Assembly: GCA_002011615.1 (NCBI GenBank)
Contig: MTOH01000001.1
Coordinates: 134,549-198,548 of the forward strand
Direction of reading: 5' to 3'
Source of the DNA: Candidatus Hydrothermus pacificus
GTDB lineage: Bacteria > Hydrothermota > Hydrothermia > Hydrothermales > Hydrothermaceae
Length of the DNA: 64,000 nucleotides
Below the pieces are notes generated by a model. The model was not told the DNA's origin and searched no databases. It saw only the letters and a list, made by a program, of their open reading frames with translations. The position numbers were made by a program, and so were the translations under genes. Positions 28,867-38,882 of this stretch are shown piece after piece. Within the stretch, counting starts at the first letter, position 1; each line of letters starts with the position of its first letter.

Positions 28867-29957
28867 TCCTCTTCTTTAAATCTCTCCTCCAACTTTTTCA
28901 GAACCGCTGGAAGCGTGGTGTACTCCATCTCTTCCATTCCAAGTCTTTGAGGTTCAAAAGGTCCCATTCTTCTTATATAATCTGCAATTTCCTGTGCTCT
29001 CCTCCTGGTCAGATCAAAGGCAGGGTCATCAAAAAGGTCCCTTGGTCCCACGAGTTTGCCATTTTTAAGCTGAAATCCAAGTGCTATAACTCTTGGTGGT
29101 CCATCAAATCTTGTGCAGTTTGCCTCTCTGACAGACACTGGCATAAGAGGCCCCCAGTGAGAACCCCTCATCCATCCTGCAACCATATGAGCAAGAGAAA
29201 AGGGTTCAAGGACTTCTCCAACCGCAGGAAACCCTGACTGGGCTCTAACTATCATAACAGGGTCATCCTTACCCACGTATCTTCCTGCTATAAGGGAAAG
29301 TCTCTGAACAGATGCAACTGCCGCAATGACCCCATCATACCTTTTAACTTCTTTCACAACAAAATTTTCAACAGCACCTATAAGGGATAAAAGGTCATAC
29401 ATTTCATCAGGACATTTCAAATCAACCACTCTTCCCTTTTTAAGTTCAAGAACCTTGAATATAAACCCTGGATGAAGTTTCGGGTCAATAACAAGCCCCG
29501 CTGTATTAAAGGGGTCTGCAAATATCTTAAAGAGAGGTAAGTTCCATGCCCCGGGGGAAGTTTTATCGGCCATAAATATAATTACTGGCTCTGAAGGTCT
29601 TTCTTCAATTTCCATCTCAGCAACACCCGGTCCCATACCCTTTACATTACCTGAAAATGCTTCTGATAGTATATCCTGTCCGGCACCATAAAGTCCGATT
29701 TCCTTTGCAATATCCGCTCCTGCCTTGAACACTTCCCACGCAAGACCATGCACTTCAGAGTTGTCAGTACCTCTGGTATGGGTCATTATAAGCTGAAGGT
29801 CATCCCCCACAGAAGTAACATGATAATCAACTATTATACCCTTATCCTTTGCCTCTGCAAGCCTTTTCTCGCCCTCTGCTATCAGAGCAGGATGCATACC
29901 TGAATGTCCCACATAACCACCTATATCAGCCTTTATCACAGAAATTGTAACTTTCAT
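28863..29957 (-). CDS. fbp: Bifunctional fructose-1,6-bisphosphate aldolase/phosphatase (class V, archaeal-type FBPase)
   Basis: Start MKVTISVIKADIGGYVGHSGMHP (AGGAGG RBS upstream) matches the characteristic N-terminus of this family. Also …MRGSHWGPLMPV…; ~364 aa. The track ORF extends 23 codons further upstream without an RBS. Confidence 0.7.
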   Translation of the reverse strand: MKVTISVIKADIGGYVGHSGMHPALIAEGEKRLAEAKDKGIIVDYHVTSVGDDLQLIMTHTRGTDNSEVHGLAWEVFKAGADIAKEIGLYGAGQDILSEAFSGNVKGMGPGVAEMEIEERPSEPVIIFMADKTSPGAWNLPLFKIFADPFNTAGLVIDPKLHPGFIFKVLELKKGRVVDLKCPDEMYDLLSLIGAVENFVVKEVKRYDGVIAAVASVQRLSLIAGRYVGKDDPVMIVRAQSGFPAVGEVLEPFSLAHMVAGWMRGSHWGPLMPVSVREANCTRFDGPPRVIALGFQLKNGKLVGPRDLFDDPAFDLTRRRAQEIADYIRRMGPFEPQRLGMEEMEYTTLPAVLKKLEERFKEEE

Positions 29958-30053
29958 TTTGCCTCCTTTCATTGAAAAAATTGAAAAAAAGGTTTTAATT
30001 ATAATGGTAAAACTTGTTTTAGTCAACAGGGTACTTTTCTTTATAATAATAAA

Positions 30054-30752
30054 GTGATAAAAGCGGTTGTTTTTGATTTAGATAATACTCTCGTTGATTT
30101 TTACAGAATGAAAGAGGAAGCAGTGAAGTATGCTGTTGAAGCAATGGTAGATGCAGGACTAAAAATTGATAAAGACAGAGCTTACAAAAAGATATTTGAA
30201 ATATATGAAAGAGAAGGTATTGAAGACCAAAAGGTTTTTGATAAATTCCTTGCTGAAATATGTGGAAGCATAGATTACAAAATTCATGCTGCTGGTATTG
30301 TTGCCTATAGAAAAGCAAAGAACACAGCACTAATATTATTTCCCCATGTTCATTACACTCTTATAGAACTTTTAAAAAGGGGATTAAAGTTAGGTGTGGT
30401 AACTGATGCACCGCGGATTCAGGCATGGACACGCCTTGCACAGGTAGGACTTCATAACTTTTTCGATGCTGTTATAACTTTTGATGACACAGGAGAAACA
30501 AAACCCTCTCCAAAGCCATTTATACTTGCCCTTGAGAAACTAAAAGTAAAACCTGAAGAATCAATAATGGTTGGAGACTGGCCAGAAAGGGACATTTCAG
30601 GAGGTGCAAAAATTGGAATGAAAACGGTTTTTGCCAAGTACGGCAATGTATTTGGAACAAAGGATTCCGGTGCAGATTTTGAAATAGATGATATATCAGA
30701 AATTCTTGATATAATAGAACACTTTAATAAAAATGATCAGCATAGGAATTGA
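30054..30752 (+). CDS. HAD-superfamily hydrolase (subfamily IA)
   Basis: Motif I VVFDLDNTLVDF. Motif III/IV …MVGDWPERDISGG…. Confidence 0.75.
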   Translation: MIKAVVFDLDNTLVDFYRMKEEAVKYAVEAMVDAGLKIDKDRAYKKIFEIYEREGIEDQKVFDKFLAEICGSIDYKIHAAGIVAYRKAKNTALILFPHVHYTLIELLKRGLKLGVVTDAPRIQAWTRLAQVGLHNFFDAVITFDDTGETKPSPKPFILALEKLKVKPEESIMVGDWPERDISGGAKIGMKTVFAKYGNVFGTKDSGADFEIDDISEILDIIEHFNKNDQHRN

Positions 30753-31104
30753 TATTGTGAAAACAGAGAGAATAGAAAGATTGTATGAAAAATATGGTGA
30801 AAGATTTTTGAAAAAAGTGTTTACTGATGAGGAAATTAACTACTCAATGCAAAGAAAAACTTTTTTAAATCATCTTGCAGCAAGGTTTGCTGCAAAAGAA
30901 GCTTTTTTAAAAGCTCTTGGAACAGGTTTATCAAAAGGCATCAGCTTAAAAGAAATAGAGGTAAAAAGGGGAAAAGGAGCTCCTTTTTTAAACATCTATG
31001 GTAAAGCAAAGGAAATACTTGGGAAAAGAAAAACCGAGATTTCAATAACTCATGAAAAAGATTATTCAATATGTGTATGTGTGATATATAAAAATGAAGA
31101 TTGA
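30733..31104 (+). CDS. acpS: Holo-ACP synthase (4'-phosphopantetheinyl transferase)
   Basis: MISIGIDIVKTERIE… then RFAAKEAFLKALG; 123 aa. Confidence 0.85.
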   Translation: MISIGIDIVKTERIERLYEKYGERFLKKVFTDEEINYSMQRKTFLNHLAARFAAKEAFLKALGTGLSKGISLKEIEVKRGKGAPFLNIYGKAKEILGKRKTEISITHEKDYSICVCVIYKNED

Positions 31105-31915
31105 AGATAAAAGGAAAAAACTTTATGAAATAAGAAAAAGAGTTGAAAAGGGAGAAAAATATGAAGATGTAAAAGAGGATTTAAAAAAGCTCTATATAGA
31201 AATTAAAAGCGAGATGGACTCTTTAAAAGATTTTCTTGATGAAATAAAAGATTTTACATTAAGCATAAAGGGTGAGAAAAAAGAGGAGGTAAAGGTGTAC
31301 GTAAATCCTTCTGCCTTTGTTCAGAGGCTCAGAATAACAGAAGTTGATTTAACCACCTTTATAGATAAGGGATGGAACGCGATAGCCAAAGGCAACTATA
31401 AAGAGGCAATAGAAATTCTTGAGAAGGCAAAAGAACTCTCACCTGAAAATACAAAGGTTTTAACTCTCCTGGGATGGGCGTATGCCCAATCAGGTAGATA
31501 TGATGACGCTCTTTTAATTTATCAGAAAGTCCTGACAATTGAACCTGCCAACACCCTTGCCATGAAAGATATGGGTTATATATGTTATAAAAAAGGTATA
31601 TATGGAGAAGCAATTGAGCATTTTGCAAGGGTATTAAAATTAAACAATAATCCAACAGCAACCCTTTATACACTGTACTATATGGGGCTTGTATACCTTG
31701 ACAGGGAGATGTTTGACGACGCGGAGGAATTCTTCAAAAAAGCAATAGAAAAAGGTCCCAATCTACAGGAAGCTTACTATTACCTTGCAATAACCTGTGA
31801 GAGAAAAGGAGAGATACTTGATGCAAAAAAATATCTAAGAAGAACAATAGAGATAAATCCTGATACAAAAATTGCAGAAAACGCAATGAAAAAATTACAG
31901 GCCTATGTTGATTGA
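31094..31915 (+). CDS. TPR-repeat protein (MshN-like)
   Basis: About 5-6 TPR motifs (…AIEILEKAKELSPENTKVLTLLGWAYAQSGRYDDALLIYQKVL…). Confidence 0.7.
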   Translation: MKIEDKRKKLYEIRKRVEKGEKYEDVKEDLKKLYIEIKSEMDSLKDFLDEIKDFTLSIKGEKKEEVKVYVNPSAFVQRLRITEVDLTTFIDKGWNAIAKGNYKEAIEILEKAKELSPENTKVLTLLGWAYAQSGRYDDALLIYQKVLTIEPANTLAMKDMGYICYKKGIYGEAIEHFARVLKLNNNPTATLYTLYYMGLVYLDREMFDDAEEFFKKAIEKGPNLQEAYYYLAITCERKGEILDAKKYLRRTIEINPDTKIAENAMKKLQAYVD

Positions 31916-32723
31916 GGAATATTTTAATTTAAAAAAACATCCCTTTTTAAACACCGTTGACCTTGAATTTCTCTTCTGGAGCGAGAAATTCAGGGAAGGT
32001 TATGCAAGACTCTTATATTCCATATTAGAATCAAGAACAGGATTATCTCTTATTCTCGGTGAGATAGGATGTGGAAAAACAATGCTGTGTCACGCATTGA
32101 AAAAGGATATGGAAAACAAAGGCAAAAAGACATCATTAATTGAAAATCCCTTTCTAACCCCCTACCAGCTTCTTTTTGAAATAACCAAAACTTTTTTTGG
32201 CGAGAAAAAAAGAAGGAGGTCAAAGGTTCGTCTATATCAGGAAATAGAGGAAGAACTTTTAAAAAATCCTGATGAGGCAAAACATGTTATACTCATTGAT
32301 GAAGCCCAGTTGCTTCCACAGAGGACAATGCAGGAGTTGAGATTGCTATTAAACATGGAAACTTCTGAGGGAAAACTGCTTCAGATAGTCCTTTTTGGGC
32401 AGACTGATTTAAAGAAAAAGCTGGAAAAACAAAAAGCCCTTAAACAAAGAATAGGAATTGCTTACAATTTATCACCTTTAAAAGAAAGTGAAACAGACGA
32501 ATACATAAAACATCGTTTGAAAGTTGCAGGAGCAGATAAAAATCTATTTACCAGTAATGCAATCAAAAAACTTTATAAATTTACAAAAGGTATACCAAGG
32601 CTAATAAACATAATATGTGCCAATTCCCTTTTTGCCGCGTTCAGTATGAACAAGAAAAAAATAGACGAAAAGATTGTTGATATAGTGGTAAAAGACTATA
32701 AAGAGAATCTGGGGGAATGGTAG
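31905..32723 (+). CDS. ExeA/GspA-like AAA ATPase (MshM-like)
   Basis: Walker A GEIGCGKTML. Walker B ILIDEAQ. AAA_22-like layout without a peptidoglycan-binding domain. Confidence 0.7.
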   Translation: MLIEEYFNLKKHPFLNTVDLEFLFWSEKFREGYARLLYSILESRTGLSLILGEIGCGKTMLCHALKKDMENKGKKTSLIENPFLTPYQLLFEITKTFFGEKKRRRSKVRLYQEIEEELLKNPDEAKHVILIDEAQLLPQRTMQELRLLLNMETSEGKLLQIVLFGQTDLKKKLEKQKALKQRIGIAYNLSPLKESETDEYIKHRLKVAGADKNLFTSNAIKKLYKFTKGIPRLINIICANSLFAAFSMNKKKIDEKIVDIVVKDYKENLGEW

Positions 32724-32917
32724 GTCCCGGAAAAAACAAAATGCATTCATCGCGTTTACAAAAAAGATGAAGCTACCGGGAAAATCAAGACAATTCTGCA
32801 ATCCACATTCCGAAATCCGAATTTTTCACCTGTCACATGTCATCTTTCAAACTTCCACTTTTCAACCGCTTTTAATTAGTATTCCATAGGTTTCATTCTT
32901 TATAATTTATCTTCAAA

Positions 32918-34072
32918 ATGAAAAAAGAATATTTTATTCTCCTGGTGCTCTGTTTGATTGTATTCTCCATAGGACTTGGGGTGGGAATAATAACTCCTTT
33001 TTTACCTTCTTATGCCAGGGATATGGGTGCTACAGGTTTTCTGATAGGCCTTATATTTTCAGGAATAGCAATAGTACGAATAGGAATGACACCTTTTGTA
33101 GGAAGAATAGCAGATATATTTAAAAAATTAAAGAACCTTATAGTTTTTGGTCTTTTTGTATATCTCTTTGCACCCATTATATTTATATACGCGAATAATC
33201 CTGCTCATCTTTTAGTTGCTCGCTTATTTCAGGGGATAGGTGCATCTTTTATATTTCCGATTGCTCTCGCAGCAATAGGTCATATTGCGCCAAGAGGTAA
33301 AGAAGGCACCTTTTCATCTGTTTATGCGGGTTCATTTTTTCTGGGAAACGGTCTGGGGCCCTTCATAGGAGGAGTGATAGCAGACAGAATGGGAATTTCT
33401 CATGCCTTCTGGGTTCTTTTCATTATGGTATTTTTATCTTTTCTGCTTGCACTATTTCTTTTTAAAGAACCTCCTGATCTAAAACTACCACCCACCCTTC
33501 CTCCTTTTTACAAAATATTTAAGGATAAGACAATGTCAGGAATAATTATGTTCAGATTCGGAATAGCCTATACAAGAGGTCTTTTTCTTTCCTTTTTTCC
33601 TTTACTCGCTGTTCGTCTCGGTGCTTCAAAAAGTCTGATCGGTATTATATTTGCCTTTCAAACATTTTCCCTTGCCCTTTCTCAATACCCATCAGGGAAA
33701 TTTGTTGATAAACTTAAAAATCCTGAAAGAATTTTGCCTGTTGCCATGATAGTGGCTATAATCGTTATCTTCCTCCATCTTTTTATAAAAAACCCTTATA
33801 AATTAATACCTCTTCATATAGTTTACGGGCTGGGTACAGGTTTTGTTTTTCCAACAACGATTTCAGTTGCAACAAAAAAGGGAGAAAAGCTGGGTATGGG
33901 CTCCACAACAAGTCTTATAAGTTCGGCATTCTCAGCAGGGTTTCTCGTGGGACCTGTTCTATCAGGCATTTTCTATGACCTGACAGGTATTTATGGTACA
34001 TTTATTTCATGCATAATTTTCGCACTTATAATTCTGGTTTTTACATCCTGGATATTTTTCAAAGATGGATAA
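32918..34072 (+). CDS. MFS transporter
   Basis: 12 predicted TM helices. MFS motif-A-like GRIADIFKK between TM2 and TM3. Confidence 0.75.
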   Translation: MKKEYFILLVLCLIVFSIGLGVGIITPFLPSYARDMGATGFLIGLIFSGIAIVRIGMTPFVGRIADIFKKLKNLIVFGLFVYLFAPIIFIYANNPAHLLVARLFQGIGASFIFPIALAAIGHIAPRGKEGTFSSVYAGSFFLGNGLGPFIGGVIADRMGISHAFWVLFIMVFLSFLLALFLFKEPPDLKLPPTLPPFYKIFKDKTMSGIIMFRFGIAYTRGLFLSFFPLLAVRLGASKSLIGIIFAFQTFSLALSQYPSGKFVDKLKNPERILPVAMIVAIIVIFLHLFIKNPYKLIPLHIVYGLGTGFVFPTTISVATKKGEKLGMGSTTSLISSAFSAGFLVGPVLSGIFYDLTGIYGTFISCIIFALIILVFTSWIFFKDG

Positions 34073-35039
34073 AATCATTCCTTTTAATCAATATATGGAA
34101 CACTGTCTATATGATGAAGAAACAGGATATTATGCAAAAAAACAGAGGATTTTTGGTAAAAGAGGCGATTTTTACACACCTCAGACAGCTTCATCACTTT
34201 TTGGAAAAGTTCTGGCAGAAATTATAAGAAAGCAGCAATTTAAACAGGTTTACGAGTTTGGAGCAGGTTATGGACATCTTGCCTTTGATGTGCTCTGTTC
34301 CAACCATGAAATTGACAGGTATATAATTTTTGAAATAAGCGAAAATATGAGAAAAAGGATAGAAAAAAAACTTATGAACTTTAAAAAGAAAGTTAAATTA
34401 TACAGATCAATTGAACAGGCCTTTGAAATCAAAGGTTTTGTTATAATGGTTGAGTTTGTGGATGCTTTTCCTGTTAAAAGATTTTTGAAAAAGGGCAAAA
34501 TTTACGAAGTATGGGTTAACATTAATGAGAGGAGAGAAATTTTGAAAGAGTCAGAAGATCATGCATTTTTTGAATACTATAAATTTTTACCTGAAGGATA
34601 TTATTTTGAATATCCCTTCTCTTTTATAAAGTGGTTTGAAGATTTTTCAAAAAAATTTAAAGCAGGAAAAGTTATAATAATTGACTATGGGCTTGAAAAG
34701 CAAAACTTAATTTCCTATCCAGAAGGAACAATAAGAGGTTTTAAAGAACATAAAGTCATAAAGAATATCTATGAATTTTATCCAGGAGAGATTGACATAA
34801 CCTATACACCTGACTTCTCTCTTTTAAAAAGGGTTTTTCAAAAAAATGGTTTTAATATCAGGAGGTTTTCATCTCTTTCAAAATTTTTAATAGAAGAGGG
34901 TATTCTTGATATTTTTGAAAGAGAAGTTTCAATAGACACAACTTCATCCTTTAAAATTAAAAAACAATCAGAGCTTAAAACTCTGATAACACCCGGAATG
35001 ATGGGTGAAAAATATCTGGTTATGGAGCTGGAAAAATGA
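34065..35039 (+). CDS. Class I SAM-dependent methyltransferase, MidA/NDUFAF7-like (DUF185)
   Basis: …YYAKKQRIFGKRGDFYTPQTASSLFGKVLAE… and SAM motif EFGAGYGHLAFDVL. Confidence 0.6.
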   Translation: MDKIIPFNQYMEHCLYDEETGYYAKKQRIFGKRGDFYTPQTASSLFGKVLAEIIRKQQFKQVYEFGAGYGHLAFDVLCSNHEIDRYIIFEISENMRKRIEKKLMNFKKKVKLYRSIEQAFEIKGFVIMVEFVDAFPVKRFLKKGKIYEVWVNINERREILKESEDHAFFEYYKFLPEGYYFEYPFSFIKWFEDFSKKFKAGKVIIIDYGLEKQNLISYPEGTIRGFKEHKVIKNIYEFYPGEIDITYTPDFSLLKRVFQKNGFNIRRFSSLSKFLIEEGILDIFEREVSIDTTSSFKIKKQSELKTLITPGMMGEKYLVMELEK

Positions 35040-35593
35040 AAAAAGAACTGGAAAAGAGAATAGAGGTTTTAAAAAAGCTTTCAGAGTCGGAACAAAAAAT
35101 AAATAAAGTGTGCTATATTCTGATCAGTTCTTTGAGGAATGGAGGTAAAGTGATTCTTTGCGGAAATGGTGGAAGCGCATCAGATTCCTCACATATAACC
35201 GCTGAATTTATCGGTAAGGTAAAACATAAGGATACAAATCCTCTTCCTGCAATAAGCTTATCCGCAGACCCGGCCGTTATAACAGCAATTGCCAACGATT
35301 ACGGTTATGAACACATTTTTTCAAAGCAAATAGAAGCTATTGGTAAAAAAGGAGATGTTTTAATTGTATTCTCAACATCAGGTTCTTCAAAAAACATCAT
35401 CAGTGCCGTAGAAAAGGCAAAGGAAAAGGGACTAAAGGTGATTTATTTTACAGGAATCAAAAAACCCTCAGGAGCAGAAAATTGCGACCTTGTCTTTAAT
35501 ATACCCAGTGATAACAAACAGATTATACAGGAAGTATACATGAGTTTATGGCACATTATTGTGGATAAAGTTGAGAAAAAAATGGAGAGATAA
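35036..35593 (+). CDS. gmhA: SIS-domain phosphoheptose isomerase (GmhA/DiaA family)
   Basis: [21 protein letters not shown]…[11 protein letters not shown] motifs; 185 aa. Confidence 0.8.
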   Translation: MKKELEKRIEVLKKLSESEQKINKVCYILISSLRNGGKVILCGNGGSASDSSHITAEFIGKVKHKDTNPLPAISLSADPAVITAIANDYGYEHIFSKQIEAIGKKGDVLIVFSTSGSSKNIISAVEKAKEKGLKVIYFTGIKKPSGAENCDLVFNIPSDNKQIIQEVYMSLWHIIVDKVEKKMER

Positions 35594-35594
35594 A

Positions 35595-36287
35595 ATGGAG
35601 TATAAAATTCTTGATAAAGGATTTGTTAAACTTGTTGAATTTATGGGAGGAGACAGAGCGGTTGTTCAGGCTGCAAGGGTTTCACATGGAGAAGGATTAA
35701 AAGGAGAAGAAAAGGATAAAAAACTTATAAGGTATCTTTTAAAACATCAACATATGACACCTTTTGAACATGCAGTTTTTAAATTTCATATAAAATGCCC
35801 CATATTTGTGGCAAGACAATGGTTCAGACATAGATGGGCAAGTTATAATGAGATTTCAGGAAGATATACAGAATACCCTGATGAATATTATATGCCTGTA
35901 AAATTAAGAGGACAGAGCCAGAAGGACAAACAGTCAAGCGACTTTATCAGCATCCCTGATGAGAAAAAACTCATTAAAGAAATTGAGGAAATTCAGGAAA
36001 GAGTCTTTGGATTCTATAGAAAACTACTTGAACAGGGGGTGGCAAGAGAACTTGCAAGGATGGTGCTTCCACTGAGTTTATATACGCAGTTTTACTGGAC
36101 TATTAATGCACGGTCTCTTATGAACTTTATAAACCTGAGAGCCGATTATCATGCTCAATGGGAAATAAGGCAATATGCAGAGGCAATTGCAGAAATTTTC
36201 AGAGAGAAGATGCCCTGGACATATCAGGCTTTTGTGGATTTCTGCTTCACAGGTAAAAACCCAAAGATTAAAAAGGAGGAAGAATGA
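35595..36287 (+). CDS. thyX: FAD-dependent thymidylate synthase
   Basis: Start [20 protein letters not shown]. ThyX motif [14 protein letters not shown] (RHRxxxxxxS). The track ORF begins 12 codons earlier. Confidence 0.85.
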   Translation: MEYKILDKGFVKLVEFMGGDRAVVQAARVSHGEGLKGEEKDKKLIRYLLKHQHMTPFEHAVFKFHIKCPIFVARQWFRHRWASYNEISGRYTEYPDEYYMPVKLRGQSQKDKQSSDFISIPDEKKLIKEIEEIQERVFGFYRKLLEQGVARELARMVLPLSLYTQFYWTINARSLMNFINLRADYHAQWEIRQYAEAIAEIFREKMPWTYQAFVDFCFTGKNPKIKKEEE

Positions 36288-37126
36288 AAATAGCCATTTA
36301 TTTTCTGTACATTTTCTTGGTAAAAGGAGAGGTCATAAATCAAACTTTTAAAAAACCTGAAAGCAATGTTGAGGTTTATCTTTATGAAATCACTCAGGAA
36401 GGAACAAATCTCATTGATTCAACAATTTCAGGCAAAAAAGGAACATTCCAATTTGAATCCGGGGAAGGAATGTACCTACTGAAAGCTTTTTACAAAAACA
36501 GTATTTTCAGAGAGAATCCCGTCTTGATAAAAAAAGACACTTCACTGGTTCTTTCCGTATGGGAACTCACCGAATCCACCGATGGAATGGAAATCTCAAG
36601 AGTTCATATTGCAGTCCTGCCCGAAAAAGATGGCATAACAGTTACAGAGGTTATAAGTTTTAATAACTTTAATAACAAAGCTTTTTATAAACCTTTTGGA
36701 ATTGAATTACCCTCAAAAATAAAAAGTTTTTCTCCCTTTTCAGGAATATTTCCTGATGAAGTTCATTTAACAGACAATAAATTGCTCTACTATCTTCCCC
36801 TCGTTCCTGGCAAACAGGTTATCTCTTTTCAGTACCTTGTACCTGAAAGTTTTGAATTTAAAAGAACATTTCCTTTCAGAACAGAATTGTTTGAAATTTT
36901 CGTATCTCCTGAGTTAAAAGTTGAAGGTTATGGTAAAGGAGAGAGTCAACAAATAGGTGAGAAAAAGTATAGAAGATTTGTTCTTCAGAACATTCAGGCA
37001 AACAAGGAAGTTTTTTTTAAAGTTACGAAATCCAAAAAACTTATAAATTTAAAAGATATATTCCCTGTTTTAATCGTGTTAATTTTCATCGCTATATTTC
37101 TTATTTACAGATGGAAGAAAAAATAA
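36284..37126 (+). CDS. Hypothetical exported protein with C-terminal membrane anchor
   Basis: N-terminal signal-like helix and C-terminal TM ([14 protein letters not shown]). No recognisable motifs. Its stop overlaps the downstream ABC ATPase start, suggesting translational coupling. Confidence 0.45.
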   Translation: MKIAIYFLYIFLVKGEVINQTFKKPESNVEVYLYEITQEGTNLIDSTISGKKGTFQFESGEGMYLLKAFYKNSIFRENPVLIKKDTSLVLSVWELTESTDGMEISRVHIAVLPEKDGITVTEVISFNNFNNKAFYKPFGIELPSKIKSFSPFSGIFPDEVHLTDNKLLYYLPLVPGKQVISFQYLVPESFEFKRTFPFRTELFEIFVSPELKVEGYGKGESQQIGEKKYRRFVLQNIQANKEVFFKVTKSKKLINLKDIFPVLIVLIFIAIFLIYRWKKK

Positions 37127-37779
37127 TAGAGGTCAGGTCTATTTCAAAAAGTTTTGGCAGGGTAAATGCTCTTTCTGATGTATCTTTTGTTTTAGAAAGA
37201 GGCAAAATTCTGTGCCTTCTTGGAGAAAACGGTTCCGGTAAGTCAACCCTTATAAAAATAATCGCAGGGGTTATAAAACCTCTAAGAGGAGAAATTTTTA
37301 TTTTTGGTAAAGATGCTTTTAAACAAAGGGAAATTTATTCAAAAATTGGATTTTTATTTCACGAGCCTCTTTTTTATGGAGAACTCACTCTTTATGAAAA
37401 TCTCTATATTACTTCGCGTCTTTTCGGAATAAAAAATTCTTTTAAAAAAATAGAAGACCTTTCAAAAGAATTTCTAATAAATCACAGGTTGAATGAAAAG
37501 ACAAAAAATCTTTCAAGGGGAGAGCTTCAAAAAGGGGGATTCGTTAGAGCCTTTTTAAATGACCCTGAAATTCTTATCCTTGATGAACCACTTACAGGAA
37601 TTGATGAAAAAGGCAAAGATATCATAATTAAAAAACTACTTGATTTCAGAAATCAAAGTAATTCTGTTATCTTCTCAACCCATCAAAAAAAACTTGCTGA
37701 AAAACTCGCAGATAAAATACTTTTATTATCAAAAGGGAAAAGAATATCTTTTAAAGATAAAAAGGATTTTCTATCCTGA
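37111..37779 (+). CDS. ABC transporter ATP-binding protein (no adjacent permease gene)
   Basis: Walker A GENGSGKSTL. Q-loop. Degenerate signature LSRGELQKG. Walker B ILILDEP. H-loop STHQ. Confidence 0.8.
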   Translation: MEEKIIEVRSISKSFGRVNALSDVSFVLERGKILCLLGENGSGKSTLIKIIAGVIKPLRGEIFIFGKDAFKQREIYSKIGFLFHEPLFYGELTLYENLYITSRLFGIKNSFKKIEDLSKEFLINHRLNEKTKNLSRGELQKGGFVRAFLNDPEILILDEPLTGIDEKGKDIIIKKLLDFRNQSNSVIFSTHQKKLAEKLADKILLLSKGKRISFKDKKDFLS

Positions 37780-37823
37780 ATTTGAACCCGACAGAATCCA
37801 GATGGCTAACCGCTAATTTTCTT

Positions 37824-38882
37824 TTATCTTAACAGAAATGAATTACCTATTCTTACATTTTTAAGACCCGCCTCTTTTGCCACTTTCATGCATTTCTCCG
37901 CTTCAACATATTTTGTTGTTCTTACATCTTTCATTTCAAAGTTAGGAGCAAAGGCTAAAAGGGCGTAGGGAATCTCAGGGTCAAATCTGGCAATAAATCT
38001 GGCTATTTCATAAACTTCTTCTTCATTTACATATCCCGGAACCATAAGGGTTGAAACACACAGGTGCTTTTTAGCATCTTTATTTAACATTTCAGCACAT
38101 TTTTTAAAATTCTCCAGAACTCCCTTTCCATCATATCCTGTAAGAGAAAAATAGATTTCTCTGTTCCAGGCCTTAATATCAAATTTTAGATATCCCCCTG
38201 ATTTTCTCACTACATCAATTATCTGCTCCAGAATTTTATCATTCCAGAGCCCGTTTGATTCATAGCAAACAACCATCCCTCTTTTTACGGCTTCTTTTGC
38301 AACTTCCAAGGAATGTAACGCCTGGGTGGTGGGGTCTCCCCCAAAAAAACATACACAGTGAACAGCAGGATGGATTGCCCTTAAAAGTTCTTCAGAAGTA
38401 AGGGAAACCTCCTCTTCAGGTTTCAAATATCTGAAATGATAATTTTGGCAGAAAAGACAGTTAAGGGAACAGGATTCATAGAAAACCGCAAGGTTGTAAT
38501 ATCCGCTCTTTGTATGTCCAGAGCACATCCAGTCAGCAACACAGTTCGTGGGTAAAGGGTCATAGTAATATTTTAAAAAACCCTTATCCTTTGTTCCACC
38601 TGTATGAACTATCTTTCTACTGACTGTTTTCCTCAAACCACAGAATCCGTATTCACCCTTACCTATTCTACAGTATCTTTTACACAATCCACATTTCAAA
38701 CCTTTTTCAGGTGGAAACCCTGGAAGATTGAATTTTTCTCTTGTTTCATTATGTATTTTTCTTATAACCGGTTCTAAATTACCAAATTCTTTTAGGATAC
38801 ATTTTCTACAAAAAGGAAGTGTATTTGAAATATAATCAAACTCTTTCCTGCAAAGATGACATTCCCTTAAAGGATAAGACAT
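37824..38882 (-). CDS. Radical SAM enzyme of the AmmeMemoRadiSam (AmrS) type with extra N-terminal zinc ribbon
   Basis: Family-specific N-terminal motif KCGLCKRYCRIGKGEYGFCGLRK. Radical SAM cluster CSLNCLFCQNYHF (C…C.FCQN). Additional CHLC…CRKC ribbon in the first 30 aa. Confidence 0.65.
   Translation of the reverse strand: MSYPLRECHLCRKEFDYISNTLPFCRKCILKEFGNLEPVIRKIHNETREKFNLPGFPPEKGLKCGLCKRYCRIGKGEYGFCGLRKTVSRKIVHTGGTKDKGFLKYYYDPLPTNCVADWMCSGHTKSGYYNLAVFYESCSLNCLFCQNYHFRYLKPEEEVSLTSEELLRAIHPAVHCVCFFGGDPTTQALHSLEVAKEAVKRGMVVCYESNGLWNDKILEQIIDVVRKSGGYLKFDIKAWNREIYFSLTGYDGKGVLENFKKCAEMLNKDAKKHLCVSTLMVPGYVNEEEVYEIARFIARFDPEIPYALLAFAPNFEMKDVRTTKYVEAEKCMKVAKEAGLKNVRIGNSFLLR

Noticed and set aside
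28863-30026. Track ORF start MTKTSF… for the fbp-like gene
   Set aside because: There is no RBS before it, whereas the internal MKVTISVIKADIG start has AGGAGG-N4-ATG and matches the family N-terminus.
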